This document shows positions 10,619 through 19,330 of a stretch of DNA of 64,000 nucleotides, one piece after another. The position numbers and the translations under genes were made by a program. Under the pieces are notes generated by a model. It ran no database searches. It saw nothing but the letters and a program-made list of their open reading frames with translations, and was not told the origin of the DNA. The stretch is from an uncultured Gemmatimonadaceae bacterium (GTDB lineage: Bacteria > Gemmatimonadota > Gemmatimonadetes > Gemmatimonadales > Gemmatimonadaceae), in the NCBI GenBank assembly GCA_963817955.1, contig CAWFQK010000002.1, forward strand, positions 960,001 to 1,024,000. Reading direction: 5' to 3'. Within the stretch, counting starts at the first letter, position 1; the number at the start of each line of letters is the position of its first letter.

Positions 10619-10968
10619 GAGACACGGGACACGAGACGCGAGAAACTCACAACGCGCAACTCACAACTGGACACTCGAAACTCGCCGACCGGCGATAGTG
10701 GCCTGCGAACCAGGTGCCCCGGTGCGCATGACCCGTATACTGACAACTGACAACTCACCACTGACAACTGATCACAGTACCCGCGATACCTGTCATCCTG
10801 ATCGAAGGCCTGTCATCCTGAGCGAAGGACCTGGGAGACGGATTGGCCTCCGGGTGTTGACCGGCCGGATGTCGCTGGCTGCTCCGTACCGGTCGGCCCG
10901 CCGGTCGGCGAGTTTCGAGTTGCCAGTTGTGAGTTGTGCGTTGTGAGTTTCTCGTGTCCCGTGTCCCG
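10619..10968. repeat. Mosaic intergenic repeat: long inverted arms made of 7-bp units, internal TGACAAC heptamers and two REP-like half-sites
   Basis: 10619-10694 is a near-perfect inverse of about 10899-10968; heptamers at about 10741-10775; TGTCATCCTGA(T/G)CGAAGG twice at 10791-10828. Confidence 0.85.
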
Positions 10969-10991
10969 GGCTCCCCCGTGTCCCCCGCCCG

Positions 10992-12014
10992 CTACTCGTC
11001 CGTCTGTCCGAAGATCGACATGTTCGACGAGTGTCCGGGCGTCACCTTTCGTTCCGGATACACCCAATGCACCGCTTGATTGACCGCCATCGCTGCCTCG
11101 GCGAAGCCGGTGACGATCAGCTTGAGCTTTCCAGGATAGGTGGTGATGTCGCCCGCCGCGTAGATGCCGGCACGACCGGTCTCCATCATACTATTCACCA
11201 CGATTTCGTCTTTCTCGAGCGTCAGTCCCCAGTCGGCGAGCGGACCGATATCGCTGACGAATCCGAGCATTGGCAGCACGGCGTCGGCGTCGATGTCGCA
11301 CGTGGTCTTCGCTTTCACGGCGCGCAGCGTGACGTGGGTGAATCTGTTCGGATCGTTCGAGCAGCGGATGTCGTTCAGTTCGTGAAAGGTGAACAGATCG
11401 GCGCGGCCCGATTGGACTGCCGCGTGGAACTGAGCAACAGTGGCGGCGTGTGCGCGGAACCGATCGCTGCGATGCACGATGGTGACCCGCGCCGCACGAT
11501 CCAGCAGTTGCGTGCCCCAGTCGAACGCCGTATCCCCACCTCCGATGATCACCACGCGCTGATCGCGGAATGCTTCGGGATCTGTGACGACATCGAAGAT
11601 GCCGCGGCCGTACCACGGCTCGGCACACTTCTGCGGCAGCCGGCGTGGCGAAAATGCGCCGATACCGGCCGCGATCACGATGGCACGGGACCGAAAGCGG
11701 TCCTTGTCGGTGACGAGCACGAAGTGTTCGTCCGCCTGCTCGAGTCCCACGACGCGGTGCCCCAGGTGGATCGGCTGGTCGAACTGGCGCGCCTGCTCGG
11801 AAAGTGATCGTACGAGATCTTTCGCCAGAATCTTGGGAAACCCGGCGACATCGAAGATGTCTTTCTCGGGATAGAGCGCCGTGAGCTGGCCGCCGAGATC
11901 GGGAAGCGCGTCGACGATCTGCGCCGTCGCGCGCCGCATGCCGGCGTAGAAGAGGCCGAAGATCCCGGTAGGACCGCCGCCAATGATCGTGATGTCGCGA
12001 ATGTCGTGAGGCAT
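10992..12014 (-). CDS. Thioredoxin-reductase-fold ferredoxin--NADP+ reductase (YumC-like)
   Basis: GGGPTG and GGGDTA dinucleotide motifs, GGQLTALYPEK, no redox CxxC, C-terminal PGHSS. Confidence 0.85.
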   Translation of the reverse strand: MPHDIRDITIIGGGPTGIFGLFYAGMRRATAQIVDALPDLGGQLTALYPEKDIFDVAGFPKILAKDLVRSLSEQARQFDQPIHLGHRVVGLEQADEHFVLVTDKDRFRSRAIVIAAGIGAFSPRRLPQKCAEPWYGRGIFDVVTDPEAFRDQRVVIIGGGDTAFDWGTQLLDRAARVTIVHRSDRFRAHAATVAQFHAAVQSGRADLFTFHELNDIRCSNDPNRFTHVTLRAVKAKTTCDIDADAVLPMLGFVSDIGPLADWGLTLEKDEIVVNSMMETGRAGIYAAGDITTYPGKLKLIVTGFAEAAMAVNQAVHWVYPERKVTPGHSSNMSIFGQTDE

Positions 12015-12073
12015 GGGGGAGAAACCTACTAAGAGGCGCGCGTCACGCGCACCCGTCTTACATTGTTTTGTCC

Positions 12074-12619
12074 ATGAAGATCTACACGAAGTCCGGCGAT
12101 GCCGGCGACACTGGGCTGTTTGGCGGCGGTCGTGTTCCCAAGAGCCACCCGCGCGTCGAAGCGTACGGCGACGTCGACGAGCTCAATGCGGCCCTCGGCG
12201 TCGCGCGCGCGGCAGAACCCATGCCGCGCATCGACGAGGTGGTCGTCTCCGTGCAACGCGACCTGTTCGCCATCGGCGCGCTGCTCGCCACGCCTGACCG
12301 CGACAAGATGCGTGAGCACATCGAGAAAGCACGCATCGACGATGCACGCATCGCGGAATTGGAGCGTGCGATCGATGCTGCCGACGCGGAGCTCGAACCA
12401 CTGCGCGCCTTCATCGTGCCTGGCGGATCGCCCAAGGCCGCAGCGCTCCACGTAGCGCGCACCGTGTGCCGGCGCGCCGAGCGGCGTGTCGTGGAGCTTG
12501 GACACAACACGGAGATCCCGCCGCTCGTCGTGATCTATCTCAACCGGTTGTCAGACCTTCTGTTCATGCTCGCGCGCGTGGCCAACAAACGGTCGGGCAC
12601 CGGTGAGGTAACGTGGTAA
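12074..12619 (+). CDS. pduO: PduO-type cob(I)alamin adenosyltransferase
   Basis: KIYTKSGDAGDTGL, AYGDVDELNA, ARTVCRRAERR, YLNRLSDLLF. Confidence 0.93.
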   Translation: MKIYTKSGDAGDTGLFGGGRVPKSHPRVEAYGDVDELNAALGVARAAEPMPRIDEVVVSVQRDLFAIGALLATPDRDKMREHIEKARIDDARIAELERAIDAADAELEPLRAFIVPGGSPKAAALHVARTVCRRAERRVVELGHNTEIPPLVVIYLNRLSDLLFMLARVANKRSGTGEVTW

Positions 12620-13701
12620 TGCGATCGCGTGAAGTGGCGTTACCCACCTATCGGGTCACGATCGCCCCCGGCGCGCTGAACCGCCTCGGCGAGATCGTGC
12701 GCGACGCAGCACCGGCGCACCGCTACGCCGTGATCACGGACAGCAACGTGGGGCCAGTGTACGCCGAGGCGGTGGGTTCCGCTCTCGGCAGCGAGCACAC
12801 GAGCACATTCACCATTCCCGCCGGCGAAGCGCACAAGACGCGAGACACATGGGCGTCGCTGAGCGACGCCATGCTGGCCGACGGATTCGGTCGCGACACG
12901 AGCATCGTCGCATTGGGCGGAGGAGTGGTCGGCGACCTCGCCGGATTCGTCGCGGCCACGTTCATGCGGGGGCTGCCGTTCGTTCAGGTGCCGACGAGTC
13001 TCCTCGCGATGATCGACGCGTCGGTCGGCGGAAAGACCGGCGTCGATACGGCGGCGGGGAAGAACCTTGTCGGCGCCTTTCATCAACCGGCGGCCGTGAT
13101 TGCCGACACGCGTGTGCTCGCGACGCTGCCGATCGAGCACCTGCGCGCCGGACTTGCCGAGGCGATCAAGCACGGCGTGATCGCCGACGATCGCTACTTC
13201 GATTCCGTGGCGACCGTCGCGTCGGATCTCACCGGTGTCGACGTCGCCGGCGACGCGATGCTCGATCTCGTGGCGCGAAGCGTGGAGATCAAGGCCGACA
13301 TCGTCCGCCGCGATGAACGCGAGGGCGGTGTGCGCAAGACACTGAACTTTGGCCATACCATTGGGCATGCCGTGGAGCTGTGCAGCGAGTATCGGGTGTT
13401 GCACGGCAGCGCGGTCGCGATCGGGATGGTGTACGAGAGCATGATCGCCGAACGCCTCGGCGTAGCCGAAACCGGAACCGCCGCGCGCGTGGAAAGTGTC
13501 GTGCGCGCGGCGGGTCTTCCGGTGGCGCGGCCGAGCACGATGTCCGTGGACGCCATCATCGCAGCCACACGCGGCGACAAGAAGGCGCGCGCCGGGCGAG
13601 CAGAGTACGCGCTTCCGACGCGCATCGGCGCCATGACCGCAGCGGATCGCGGGTGGTCGGTGCCCGTGAGCGATGATCTCGTGCGGGAGGTGCTCGCGTG
13701 A
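12619..13701 (+). CDS. aroB: 3-dehydroquinate synthase
   Basis: ALGGGVVGDLAGF, PTSLLAMIDASVGGKTG, KNLVGAFHQP, LNFGHTIGHA. Confidence 0.96.
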   Translation: MRSREVALPTYRVTIAPGALNRLGEIVRDAAPAHRYAVITDSNVGPVYAEAVGSALGSEHTSTFTIPAGEAHKTRDTWASLSDAMLADGFGRDTSIVALGGGVVGDLAGFVAATFMRGLPFVQVPTSLLAMIDASVGGKTGVDTAAGKNLVGAFHQPAAVIADTRVLATLPIEHLRAGLAEAIKHGVIADDRYFDSVATVASDLTGVDVAGDAMLDLVARSVEIKADIVRRDEREGGVRKTLNFGHTIGHAVELCSEYRVLHGSAVAIGMVYESMIAERLGVAETGTAARVESVVRAAGLPVARPSTMSVDAIIAATRGDKKARAGRAEYALPTRIGAMTAADRGWSVPVSDDLVREVLA

Positions 13702-14198
13702 AACGCGCCCTCGCGGCGCTCGTGGTCATGTGGTTGTGCGCCTGCGCGCGAGGGCAAGACGGGCCGCTGCGGCACGCGCCTGTTGTCGTGATGAGCGACC
13801 TGCGACTGCCTGGCGCTCTCGTTGAAGGAGCAGCGCGGGGATGGTGGAAGCTGCCGGCGCGCCAGGCGCGTTACGGCGACCCGCTGCCAGTTGGTGTCAC
13901 GATGTACTGTCTGCAGGGCACCACGCGGCGCGGACGGTACGTGCGGAGCGGAATCGTCGCGGCCGATCCAAGATACTTTCCGCTCGCGAAATACATCGAA
14001 CTGTACATCGGGCGGCGCTATCTCGGCCGGTTTCTGGTCGACGATACTGGCAGGCGCATTCGCGGCGCGCGGATCGACGTGTGGACGAACAGCTGCCGCG
14101 ACGCGCGTCGGTTCGGGATTCAGCGCGGCACGGCCGTGGTGGTGCAGACGCCACGCTTTGCGATACGACAGGCAGGCACATCGGAGCCTCGCGAGTAA
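13698..14198 (+). CDS. 3D-domain (MltA/Sps-like) exported protein
   Basis: Signal-like N-terminus; three-Asp pattern AADPR..DDTG..RIDVW. Confidence 0.82.
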   Translation: MKRALAALVVMWLCACARGQDGPLRHAPVVVMSDLRLPGALVEGAARGWWKLPARQARYGDPLPVGVTMYCLQGTTRRGRYVRSGIVAADPRYFPLAKYIELYIGRRYLGRFLVDDTGRRIRGARIDVWTNSCRDARRFGIQRGTAVVVQTPRFAIRQAGTSEPRE

Positions 14199-14253
14199 CG
14201 CGGGCTCGCCCCTTGCTTAGTTGAGCCCGCGCCCTCTCCAACAGGCTTGAGCC

Positions 14254-14466
14254 ATGTCCTCGTTCACGACGTATCTCATCGGGTTCATCATTCTCATCGT
14301 CGGGCTCGCTCTGGGGGCGCACCTGCTCAACGTTCCCCATACATGGATCGCAGTGGGCGTGGTGGTGCTGCTCGGGATTGGCGTGCTCAGCGCCACGAGC
14401 CGTACGAAGATGCGCGATCCGTCCAAGCCAGGGGAGAACCGTCCGCCTTCGGGGCCGACGGATTAG
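14254..14466 (+). CDS. Small membrane protein with two TM helices
   Basis: 70 aa, two hydrophobic helices and a polar tail. Confidence 0.7.
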   Translation: MSSFTTYLIGFIILIVGLALGAHLLNVPHTWIAVGVVVLLGIGVLSATSRTKMRDPSKPGENRPPSGPTD

Positions 14467-14690
14467 GCGCGCGGTGACGAGTTGGTGGCTGGCGGTGATG
14501 AACCGGCCGACCGAACGGCTGAAACCGCCAGCAAACCGAAGCCAGACCGAAGCAAAGGCGCAATTCGGTCATAACGACGGAATACTTTATACCTTCCAAA
14601 CACCTTGAGAAGTAACCTGCAAGCACCTGTCAAATCAACAACATGGGATCATTCCAACGCGAACTTCCGCCATAGTGGCGTAATTTTCTG

Positions 14691-14719
14691 TTGACGCCTC
14701 TACAGCCCAACATTATCCT
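14691..14719 (+). promoter_or_regulatory. Sigma-70-type promoter for the sigma factor gene
   Basis: TTGACG-N17-TATCCT in an AT-richer intergenic stretch about 95 bp upstream of the start. Confidence 0.5.
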
Positions 14720-14813
14720 GCCCGTCCCTGCCACGGGATAGCCGTAGGCTCTGGATCGCGCGAGCGGACGTACGCTCGCTCCACTAACCGGCGTTTATCG
14801 GGAAGGAGCGTGT

Positions 14814-15707
14814 ATGGAGCAAGTGACCGAGACCAGATCGTCGAAGGGATACTTCCGATCGTCTCCGTCCAGCGCGTTCGATCAGTATCTGCATGATATC
14901 CAGAAGCTCCCGCTGATCCAGGATCCAGAAGAGGAGCGCCGGCTCGCACGGCGTGCACAAAAGGGAGATGAAAAGGCGGCCGAACGGCTCGTCACGGCGA
15001 ACCTCCGATTCGTCATCTCCTACGTCAAGAAGTATCAAGGCCATGGGCTCGATCTGAGCGAGCTCGTCGCGATCGGAAATGAAGGTCTCCTGAAGGCTGT
15101 CCGGAAATTCGACCCGGACCAGGGAGTCAAGTTCATTTCGTACGCCGTCTGGTGGGTGCGTCAGGCCGTGCTCAAGGCGCTCGCCGAGCAGACTCGTTCG
15201 GTGCGCATTCCGCTCAATCAGAATTCGCAGCTCATCCGCCTCGCGCGCGCCGAGACAATTCTCGCGCAAGTGCTCAAGCGCGACCCCACCGAAGACGAAG
15301 TCAGCCGGCTGCTCGAGGAGACGCCGGAAGTCGTGCGCGCGGCAAAGCAGATGTCGGCGACGGAAATCTCGCTCGATGCTCCCATCGACCGGTCCGACCG
15401 GGAGGCATCGACCCTCGGCGAGCGCTTTGCCGGTGTCGACGGGACTGAGATCGAGGAAGTAACCGACTACAAGCTGATGCGCGAGTTTATCGACCGCGTG
15501 TTCAAGAAGTATCTCACGCCGCGCGAGCGGAAGATCCTTCATCTGTACTATGGATTGGAGGAAGGCTCGGAGGCGATGACACTGGAGAGGATTGGCGAGC
15601 TGATGGGGGTCACCCGGGAGCGGATTCGCCAGATCCGCGAGCGTGCCTTCGAGAAGCTGCGCGATTCGCCGGACGGAAAGGCGCTCTGCGGGTTCTGGGC
15701 AGCCTGA
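14814..15707 (+). CDS. RNA polymerase sigma-70 factor, RpoD/SigA family (lacking region 1.1)
   Basis: Region 1.2 FDQYLHDI, region 2 ANLRFV..KFISYAVWWVRQA, region 4 TLERIGELMGVTRERIRQI; RBS GAAGGAG. Confidence 0.94.
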   Translation: MEQVTETRSSKGYFRSSPSSAFDQYLHDIQKLPLIQDPEEERRLARRAQKGDEKAAERLVTANLRFVISYVKKYQGHGLDLSELVAIGNEGLLKAVRKFDPDQGVKFISYAVWWVRQAVLKALAEQTRSVRIPLNQNSQLIRLARAETILAQVLKRDPTEDEVSRLLEETPEVVRAAKQMSATEISLDAPIDRSDREASTLGERFAGVDGTEIEEVTDYKLMREFIDRVFKKYLTPRERKILHLYYGLEEGSEAMTLERIGELMGVTRERIRQIRERAFEKLRDSPDGKALCGFWAA

Positions 15708-15736
15708 ACCACGGACGCATCAAAATTCTTCCAAGC

Positions 15737-15770
15737 AAAGAGGCCGGGACCTGTCCCGGCCTCTTTATTG
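15737..15770. terminator. Intrinsic terminator after the sigma factor
   Basis: AAAGAGGCCGGGAC-CT-GTCCCGGCCTCTTT perfect inverted repeat, then ATT. Confidence 0.85.
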
Positions 15771-15771
15771 T

Positions 15772-15850
15772 CTGCCAATGAGCGTCAGGTCATATGGCCG
15801 ACTCATGAGCGTCATACCATATGATCTGCCAATGAGCGTCATGTCATTGA
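15772..15850. repeat. Three 27-bp-spaced direct repeats with core ATGAGCGTCA
   Basis: ATGAGCGTCA at 15778, 15805 and 15832; CATATG between the cores. Confidence 0.85.
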
Positions 15851-15904
15851 CGTGATATGCGTTGTCGAGGTCGAAACGCTCTAGCTCGCTGATCGTCCAT
15901 TGAC

Positions 15905-18900
15905 GTGTTCAACCGAGATGAAAGCAAACGGGGCCGCGGCGTTGCGGTAGCCGGTGCGTTCGCGGCAACGGTGCTGCTGACGTTGGGCGGCGCATGGCAT
16001 GTCGCGGATCTGCGCGCCACAAGGCGCGACGCGGTGGACCGCCGAATGACGGCAGCAGCAGACCATGCGGCGAAGCAGGTGGACGCCTGGATTGCGGAGC
16101 GCGCGGATGATGCATCTGCGCTGGTCGAGATCGCCGGAATCCGTGGTAGCGATTCGGCACAGCTCTCTCCGCGAATCGTGGGACGCATTCTCCGCCTTGA
16201 GATGGAGGCGACCAGGCACCACGGCAACTACGCGGCGGTGTGGCTCGTGGATCGCGGCGGCAAGGTACTTGGCTCCGCGGGGCAACAGACCCTGAGCGCC
16301 CTCGAGGACAGCGCAGTCCAGCGATCGTTGGAGACGCGGCACTCGCAGGTGAGCCGGCCCGAGCGGCGCGATGGCACCATTACGGTCGGCGTCTCGACCC
16401 CTGTTATCGTCACGGACAACGGACGGCACACGGCGGAAGCGGCGGTCGTCTTTCGCGCCAACCTGAATTCAGTCTTCACACGGAACGCTCTTGCGATGGT
16501 GGGGCCGACGCTGACGACGCCGGTTCTCGTCATTCCGGTCGACGGGAGCCTGATGAGCATCATGCCCTGTCCCCCGCCGTCGGCCACGGTGTGTCTCGCG
16601 ACCGGCGACACGCTCGCCAAGGTCGCCCAAGCGCCCGGCCAGGGGATCAGAGATGTCACCGCGGCGAACGGCCGCTCGGTGATTCTGGCGACGCGACACA
16701 TCGGGGCGCTTCCCTGGAGTGTCTACGATGCAATCGATGCGAGCAGCATCTTCGCCACTATGCGCGACCGCTTGCGCTTCGAGGCGCTGTTCCTGACGGG
16801 TCTGCTCCTCATGGGCGGCCTTGGTCTGTACGCCCACGAGCAGTCGGGCAACCTGCGCCGGCTCACCGAACGCGCGCAGACCGACGCACGATTCTCCGCC
16901 ATCGTCAACACGGCGATGGATGCGATCATCATCGTGAATGCCAGATACGAGATCGCCGTCATGAACAGCGCGGCGGAGATCATGTTCGGCTACTCCGCGT
17001 ACGACACGATCCGGCGCTCGGTACTCGAGCTCGTTCCGGCCGCGTCCACCGAAGAGCTACATCGCGCGTTGGTGCAGACGCTGCGCGCCGGCGAACAGCC
17101 GCGGCTCTTTTCCGCGGAGCGATACGCCGCCGGCCGACGAAGCGATGGATCGATGTTCCCGATCGATCTCAGCGTTTCGCGAACACAGCTCGACGGCCAA
17201 GTCCATCTCGCAATCGTCATCCGCGACATCACCGTTTGGAAACACGCCGAGGAGAGTTCGGAATGGCAACGTCGGGTGCTCGAGGCAATCGCCACCGGCA
17301 CCGACTTGCGCGACGTGCTCACCACGATCGTACGCTTTCACGAAACGCAGACCACCGGCGTCGATTGCGCCATTCACTTGATCGACGATGACGGCGTCAT
17401 GCTGAACATCGCGTCGGCGCCGTCGATGCACCCCGCGTTCATCGAAGCGATGGACGAGATCGTCATCGGACCTCATGCGGCGACCTGTGGAACGGCGGTC
17501 TATCGCCGAGAACAAGTGGTCACGCCGGACATCGCGACGGACCGGCTGTGGAACGAGTACCGGGCCCTGGCAAGCGAGCAGGGATATCGCTCCTGTTGGG
17601 CGTTGCCAATCCGCTCCCCGCAGGGACGCATGCTCGGCGCGATCGCGATGTATACCCGCGAGGAGCACACGCCGACCGCGATGGAGCTGCGCGTGAGCGC
17701 GGCGGCGACACAGCTCGCGGGCGTCGCCGTGGACCGCGCGCACGCAGCCGAATCCCTGCGGCAATCGGAGGCCAGCTTCCGGTCGTTCGTCGAGAACTCG
17801 CCAATCGGCATCTACCGCGCGACGGGCTCGGGGCGGCTCCTTGCTGTGAACGCCTCGCTGGTCGAGTTGCTTGGCTATTCGTCGGCGCTCGAACTGCTTC
17901 AGCTCGACATGGGGCGCGACTTGTTCGTCTCGGTGGCCGATCGGGAGCGGCTGGCGCAAGAGCTCAAGGCGCAGGGCGAGCTGCGCAGTGCCGAGGCAGA
18001 ATGGCGCCGTAAGGACGGAGCAACGGTTACGGTTCGCGTCAGCGCGCGCGCGTATCGCGACGAGCGCGGGTCGGTCTGGTTCACTGAAGGATTCGTGGAA
18101 AACGTGACGCCGCTGCGCGTCATCGAGCACGCGCTGCGCCAGTCAGAGAAGCTCGCCGCGCTGGGGCAACTGCTGTCCGGTGTGGCGCATGAACTGAACA
18201 ATCCCTTGGCGGCGATCCTGCATTTTACCGAGGATCTGCTCGACGACGAGCGGACGAGCGCCGACGTCGAGGCGCTCGGAATGATCCGCGATCAGGCGCG
18301 GAGGTCACGCACGATCGTTCGCGACTTGTTGTCCTTCGCACGCGCTCGCGATGCGTCGCGCACGCGCGTGCAGCTCACCGAAGCGCTTGCAGCGAGCGCC
18401 AAGGCACTCCAGCCGGCGGTGGAAGCGCTTGGCGCGCGCTTGGCGATCGACCTCCCGCTGAACGCAGTCTATGGCAACACAGACCGCGCCGGGCTGCAGC
18501 AGATCGTGACCAATCTCGTGATGAACGCAGCGCAGGCGTCAGGACCTGGCGGCATAGTGAGACTTCGCGGCAGCATTTCCGACCAGGAGATGTCGATCGT
18601 CGTCGAAGACAGTGGGCCGGGCATTCCGCCGACGCTCCAGAATCGGATCTTCGAGCCGTTCTTCACCACGAAACCGGTTGGCGAAGGGACGGGGCTTGGC
18701 TTGTCCGTCACACTCGGCATTGTCCAGCAACTCGGCGGTCATATCGCCGTCGAGAATCGGCAACCCGGGGACGGCACCGGCGCGTGCTTTACTGTCACGC
18801 TACCGATCGACGGGGACATGGCCGATGCGGGGAACGAGGCGATGCGCACGCCGTCCTTGCTCAAGCCAAACGACGTTGCCGGGCCCAGGCCGCGCGCGCT

Positions 18901-19267
18901 GATCATCGACGACGAGCCGTCGATCCGAGCGGCGCTGCGCCGCTTTTTCTGTCGTCGCGGATGGGACGTCGAGGAAGCCACTAACGGCGCGCAGGGCCTG
19001 TCATCACTACTTTCGGCAGAGCTGCAGTTCGCCGTCGTGATCTCCGATCTCAGGATGCCCGGATGCACGGGCGTAGAATTGCACGATCGTGTGGCGAGCG
19101 TAGCACCTGAGATTCTGAACCGCATCATCTTCTCTACAGGCGATGTCGCGTCGACGGAAGTCGCCGAGTTCGTCCAGCGGACACAATGCACCGTGCTCGA
19201 GAAGCCGTTCGAGCTGCGGGCATTGGAGAACATCGTCACGCACATACGAAAAGCGTCGTCGGTGTAA
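15905..19267 (+). CDS. Membrane hybrid sensor histidine kinase (Cache-like, PAS, GAF, PAS, HisKA, HATPase, receiver)
   Basis: GVAHELNNPL H-box, NLVMNA, DSGPGI, FFTTKPVGEGTGLGL; receiver IIDDE..SDLRMP..EKPF. Confidence 0.93.
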   Translation: MFNRDESKRGRGVAVAGAFAATVLLTLGGAWHVADLRATRRDAVDRRMTAAADHAAKQVDAWIAERADDASALVEIAGIRGSDSAQLSPRIVGRILRLEMEATRHHGNYAAVWLVDRGGKVLGSAGQQTLSALEDSAVQRSLETRHSQVSRPERRDGTITVGVSTPVIVTDNGRHTAEAAVVFRANLNSVFTRNALAMVGPTLTTPVLVIPVDGSLMSIMPCPPPSATVCLATGDTLAKVAQAPGQGIRDVTAANGRSVILATRHIGALPWSVYDAIDASSIFATMRDRLRFEALFLTGLLLMGGLGLYAHEQSGNLRRLTERAQTDARFSAIVNTAMDAIIIVNARYEIAVMNSAAEIMFGYSAYDTIRRSVLELVPAASTEELHRALVQTLRAGEQPRLFSAERYAAGRRSDGSMFPIDLSVSRTQLDGQVHLAIVIRDITVWKHAEESSEWQRRVLEAIATGTDLRDVLTTIVRFHETQTTGVDCAIHLIDDDGVMLNIASAPSMHPAFIEAMDEIVIGPHAATCGTAVYRREQVVTPDIATDRLWNEYRALASEQGYRSCWALPIRSPQGRMLGAIAMYTREEHTPTAMELRVSAAATQLAGVAVDRAHAAESLRQSEASFRSFVENSPIGIYRATGSGRLLAVNASLVELLGYSSALELLQLDMGRDLFVSVADRERLAQELKAQGELRSAEAEWRRKDGATVTVRVSARAYRDERGSVWFTEGFVENVTPLRVIEHALRQSEKLAALGQLLSGVAHELNNPLAAILHFTEDLLDDERTSADVEALGMIRDQARRSRTIVRDLLSFARARDASRTRVQLTEALAASAKALQPAVEALGARLAIDLPLNAVYGNTDRAGLQQIVTNLVMNAAQASGPGGIVRLRGSISDQEMSIVVEDSGPGIPPTLQNRIFEPFFTTKPVGEGTGLGLSVTLGIVQQLGGHIAVENRQPGDGTGACFTVTLPIDGDMADAGNEAMRTPSLLKPNDVAGPRPRALIIDDEPSIRAALRRFFCRRGWDVEEATNGAQGLSSLLSAELQFAVVISDLRMPGCTGVELHDRVASVAPEILNRIIFSTGDVASTEVAEFVQRTQCTVLEKPFELRALENIVTHIRKASSV

Positions 19268-19330
19268 CCCTCACAACGGGAAGAGGGTCGTGGCAAGGTG
19301 GGTATACTTCTTGTCCACTTCGCCTGCGAC

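Noticed and set aside
10617..10946. 109-aa ORF in the intergenic region
   Set aside because: It consists largely of translated heptamer and REP-like repeats.
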